From Rhynchobatus australiae (taxonomy: Eukaryota): a DNA stretch of 64,000 nucleotides. How positions within the stretch are numbered: position 1 is the first letter of the stretch; each line of letters begins with the position of its first letter. Below the pieces are notes generated by a model. That model was not told where the DNA came from and did not search any database. It saw only the letters and a program-made list of their open reading frames with translations. Positions 62,910-64,000 of this stretch are shown piece after piece. Location: the NCBI GenBank assembly GCA_034780895.1, contig JAUZTB010000118.1, positions 11,961,317 through 12,025,316 on the forward strand. Reading direction: 5' to 3'. The translations under genes and the position numbers were made by a program.

Positions 62910-63195
62910 GCTCATGACCCAAAACGTTGACTATCCCTTTTCCTCCACAGATGCTGCCTGATCTGTTGAGTTCCTCCAGCAGCTTGTTTTTCACTAACAG
63001 CCCCGTCAGGCCCACTCTGTGTTTTTAACATCTCATTACTCTCCCGCTTTGTGTTGCAGCATTACCCCTTCTGATGAAGTGTCTTTGACCAGAAACATTA
63101 ACTGTGATTCTCTTTCCACATATCCTACCTGACCTGCTGAGTTTCCAGCACCTTCTGATTTTATTTCAGATCTCCAGCTTCTGCAAGTTTTTTGC
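62910..63195 (+). mobile_element. Two adjacent Penelope-like termini
   Basis: gacccaaaacgttgact...ccacagatgctgcctgatctgttgagttcctccagca, then ctgatgaagtgtctttgaccagaaacattaactg...cctgacctgctgagtttccagca. Confidence 0.75.
63066..63104 (+). ncRNA. Minimal hammerhead-ribozyme motif with intact core boxes
   Basis: CTGATGA 63071-63077, stem II gtc-ttt-gac 63081-63089, GAAA 63092-63095; stem I is eroded. Confidence 0.55.
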
Positions 63196-63269
63196 CTCCT
63201 ATTTACCCTTTTTGTCATTTGATTTCTCCACATAATCATGGACTTTCTCTTTTGTTCTCCACCCCCCTC

Positions 63270-63625
63270 ACCAGCATAGTGGTGCAGTGGTTAGTGCTGT
63301 TGTCTCACAGCTCCAGTGACCCAAGTTTAGTCCTTTCCTCTATTGCTACCCGTATGGAGTTTGCATGTTCCCATTGTGGCCACATGAAGTCCGCCTGGGT
63401 GTTGCTGTTTCCTCTCACATCCTGATGGTGTGCTGATTGATCAGCTAAGTGAATACTGTAAATGACCCCTGGTGTAGATGGCTGGGAAGAGAACCAGAGT
63501 AGAGTTCATGAACATGTAAGAAAGAAAGGGTTATTAGGAATTAAGTACATGAATGGATTGGAAGGATTACTCTGAGAACTGGCAAAGACCAATGGGCTGA
63601 ATGGCTCCTTCTATGTTGTTAGAAA
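63270..63625 (+). mobile_element. HE1-like V-SINE, diverged
   Basis: gcatagtggtgcagtggttagtgctgttgtctcacagctccagtgacccaagtt...aatgggctgaatggctccttctatgttg. Confidence 0.75.
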
Positions 63626-63679
63626 TATGAATGTATGTTTGCCACATTCTTCTGCATCAGTTTTATCTCCATATTTCCC

Positions 63680-63800
63680 CAGTTCTGATGAAGGATCATC
63701 ATCTTAACAGTTAACTTTTTTTTTCCACGGATATTGCTCACTGCTGAGCATCTCTGGCAGATTCTGCATTTATTTCAGATTTTCTGAGAATGTATTTTTT
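63680..63800 (+). mobile_element. Penelope-like terminus with partial hammerhead core
   Basis: agtt-CTGATGA-aggat-catc-atctt-aacagtt-aact...ctgctgagcatctctggcag...ttatttcagatttt. Confidence 0.6.
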
Positions 63801-63824
63801 GCTTTTGTCTCAAAAATATATAGA

Positions 63825-64000
63825 GTCATAGAGTCATAGAACACAGAAACAGGTCCTTTGGCCCAACCAGACCATGCCAACCAAGATGCCCATCTAAGCC
63901 AGTCCCATTTGCCCACATTTGGCCCATACCCTCTAAACCTTTCCTATACATGTAGCTGTCCAAAAGTATTTTGAATTTTGGTAATGTGCCTGCTTCAACC
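63825..64000 (-). mobile_element. CR1 3' end (continues past the window)
   Basis: (agtcatag)x2 tail, then acagaaacaggtcctttggccca...agtcccatttgcccacatttggcccata. Confidence 0.85.

Noticed and set aside
1-64000. CRISPR arrays, rRNA, operon-like or prokaryotic defence systems
   Set aside because: No regularly spaced repeat-spacer structure, rRNA motifs or gene-dense prokaryotic sequence; this is vertebrate intronic/intergenic DNA.

Overview
Eukaryotic, repeat-rich genomic DNA from a draft assembly with 15 N-gaps, many exactly 100 N. The repeat content is typical of a cartilaginous fish (shark or ray). It includes decayed CR1 LINEs (ORF1 esterase, APE endonuclease and RT remnants), Rex1/Babar LINE 3' ends, two tRNA-derived V-SINE families, Deu-core SINE relics, a Penelope-like element with a GIY-YIG endonuclease plus many solo copies of its terminus, and probable Harbinger-type DNA transposon relics. 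No intact long ORF is present; almost all listed ORFs are TE fragments, N-gap read-throughs or noise. The best host-gene evidence is a minus-strand terminal coding exon at 41275-41402 with a repeat-free ~1 kb 3'UTR and poly(A) signal, but I cannot name the gene. Weaker candidates are exons at 15.7 kb, 3.5 kb, 52.0 kb and 58.0 kb, a CpG-enriched segment at 24.3-25.2 kb, and a motif-rich TATA/enhancer-like block at 61.4-61.7 kb. The most notable hidden structure is a minimal hammerhead-ribozyme fold, with covarying stems, in the Penelope-derived termini. These termini also occur as inverted (fold-back) pairs and as a short insertion with a 15-bp target-site duplication. I found no evidence for a wholly new gene system. 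TE boundaries are approximate (by eye) unless exact motifs are quoted.
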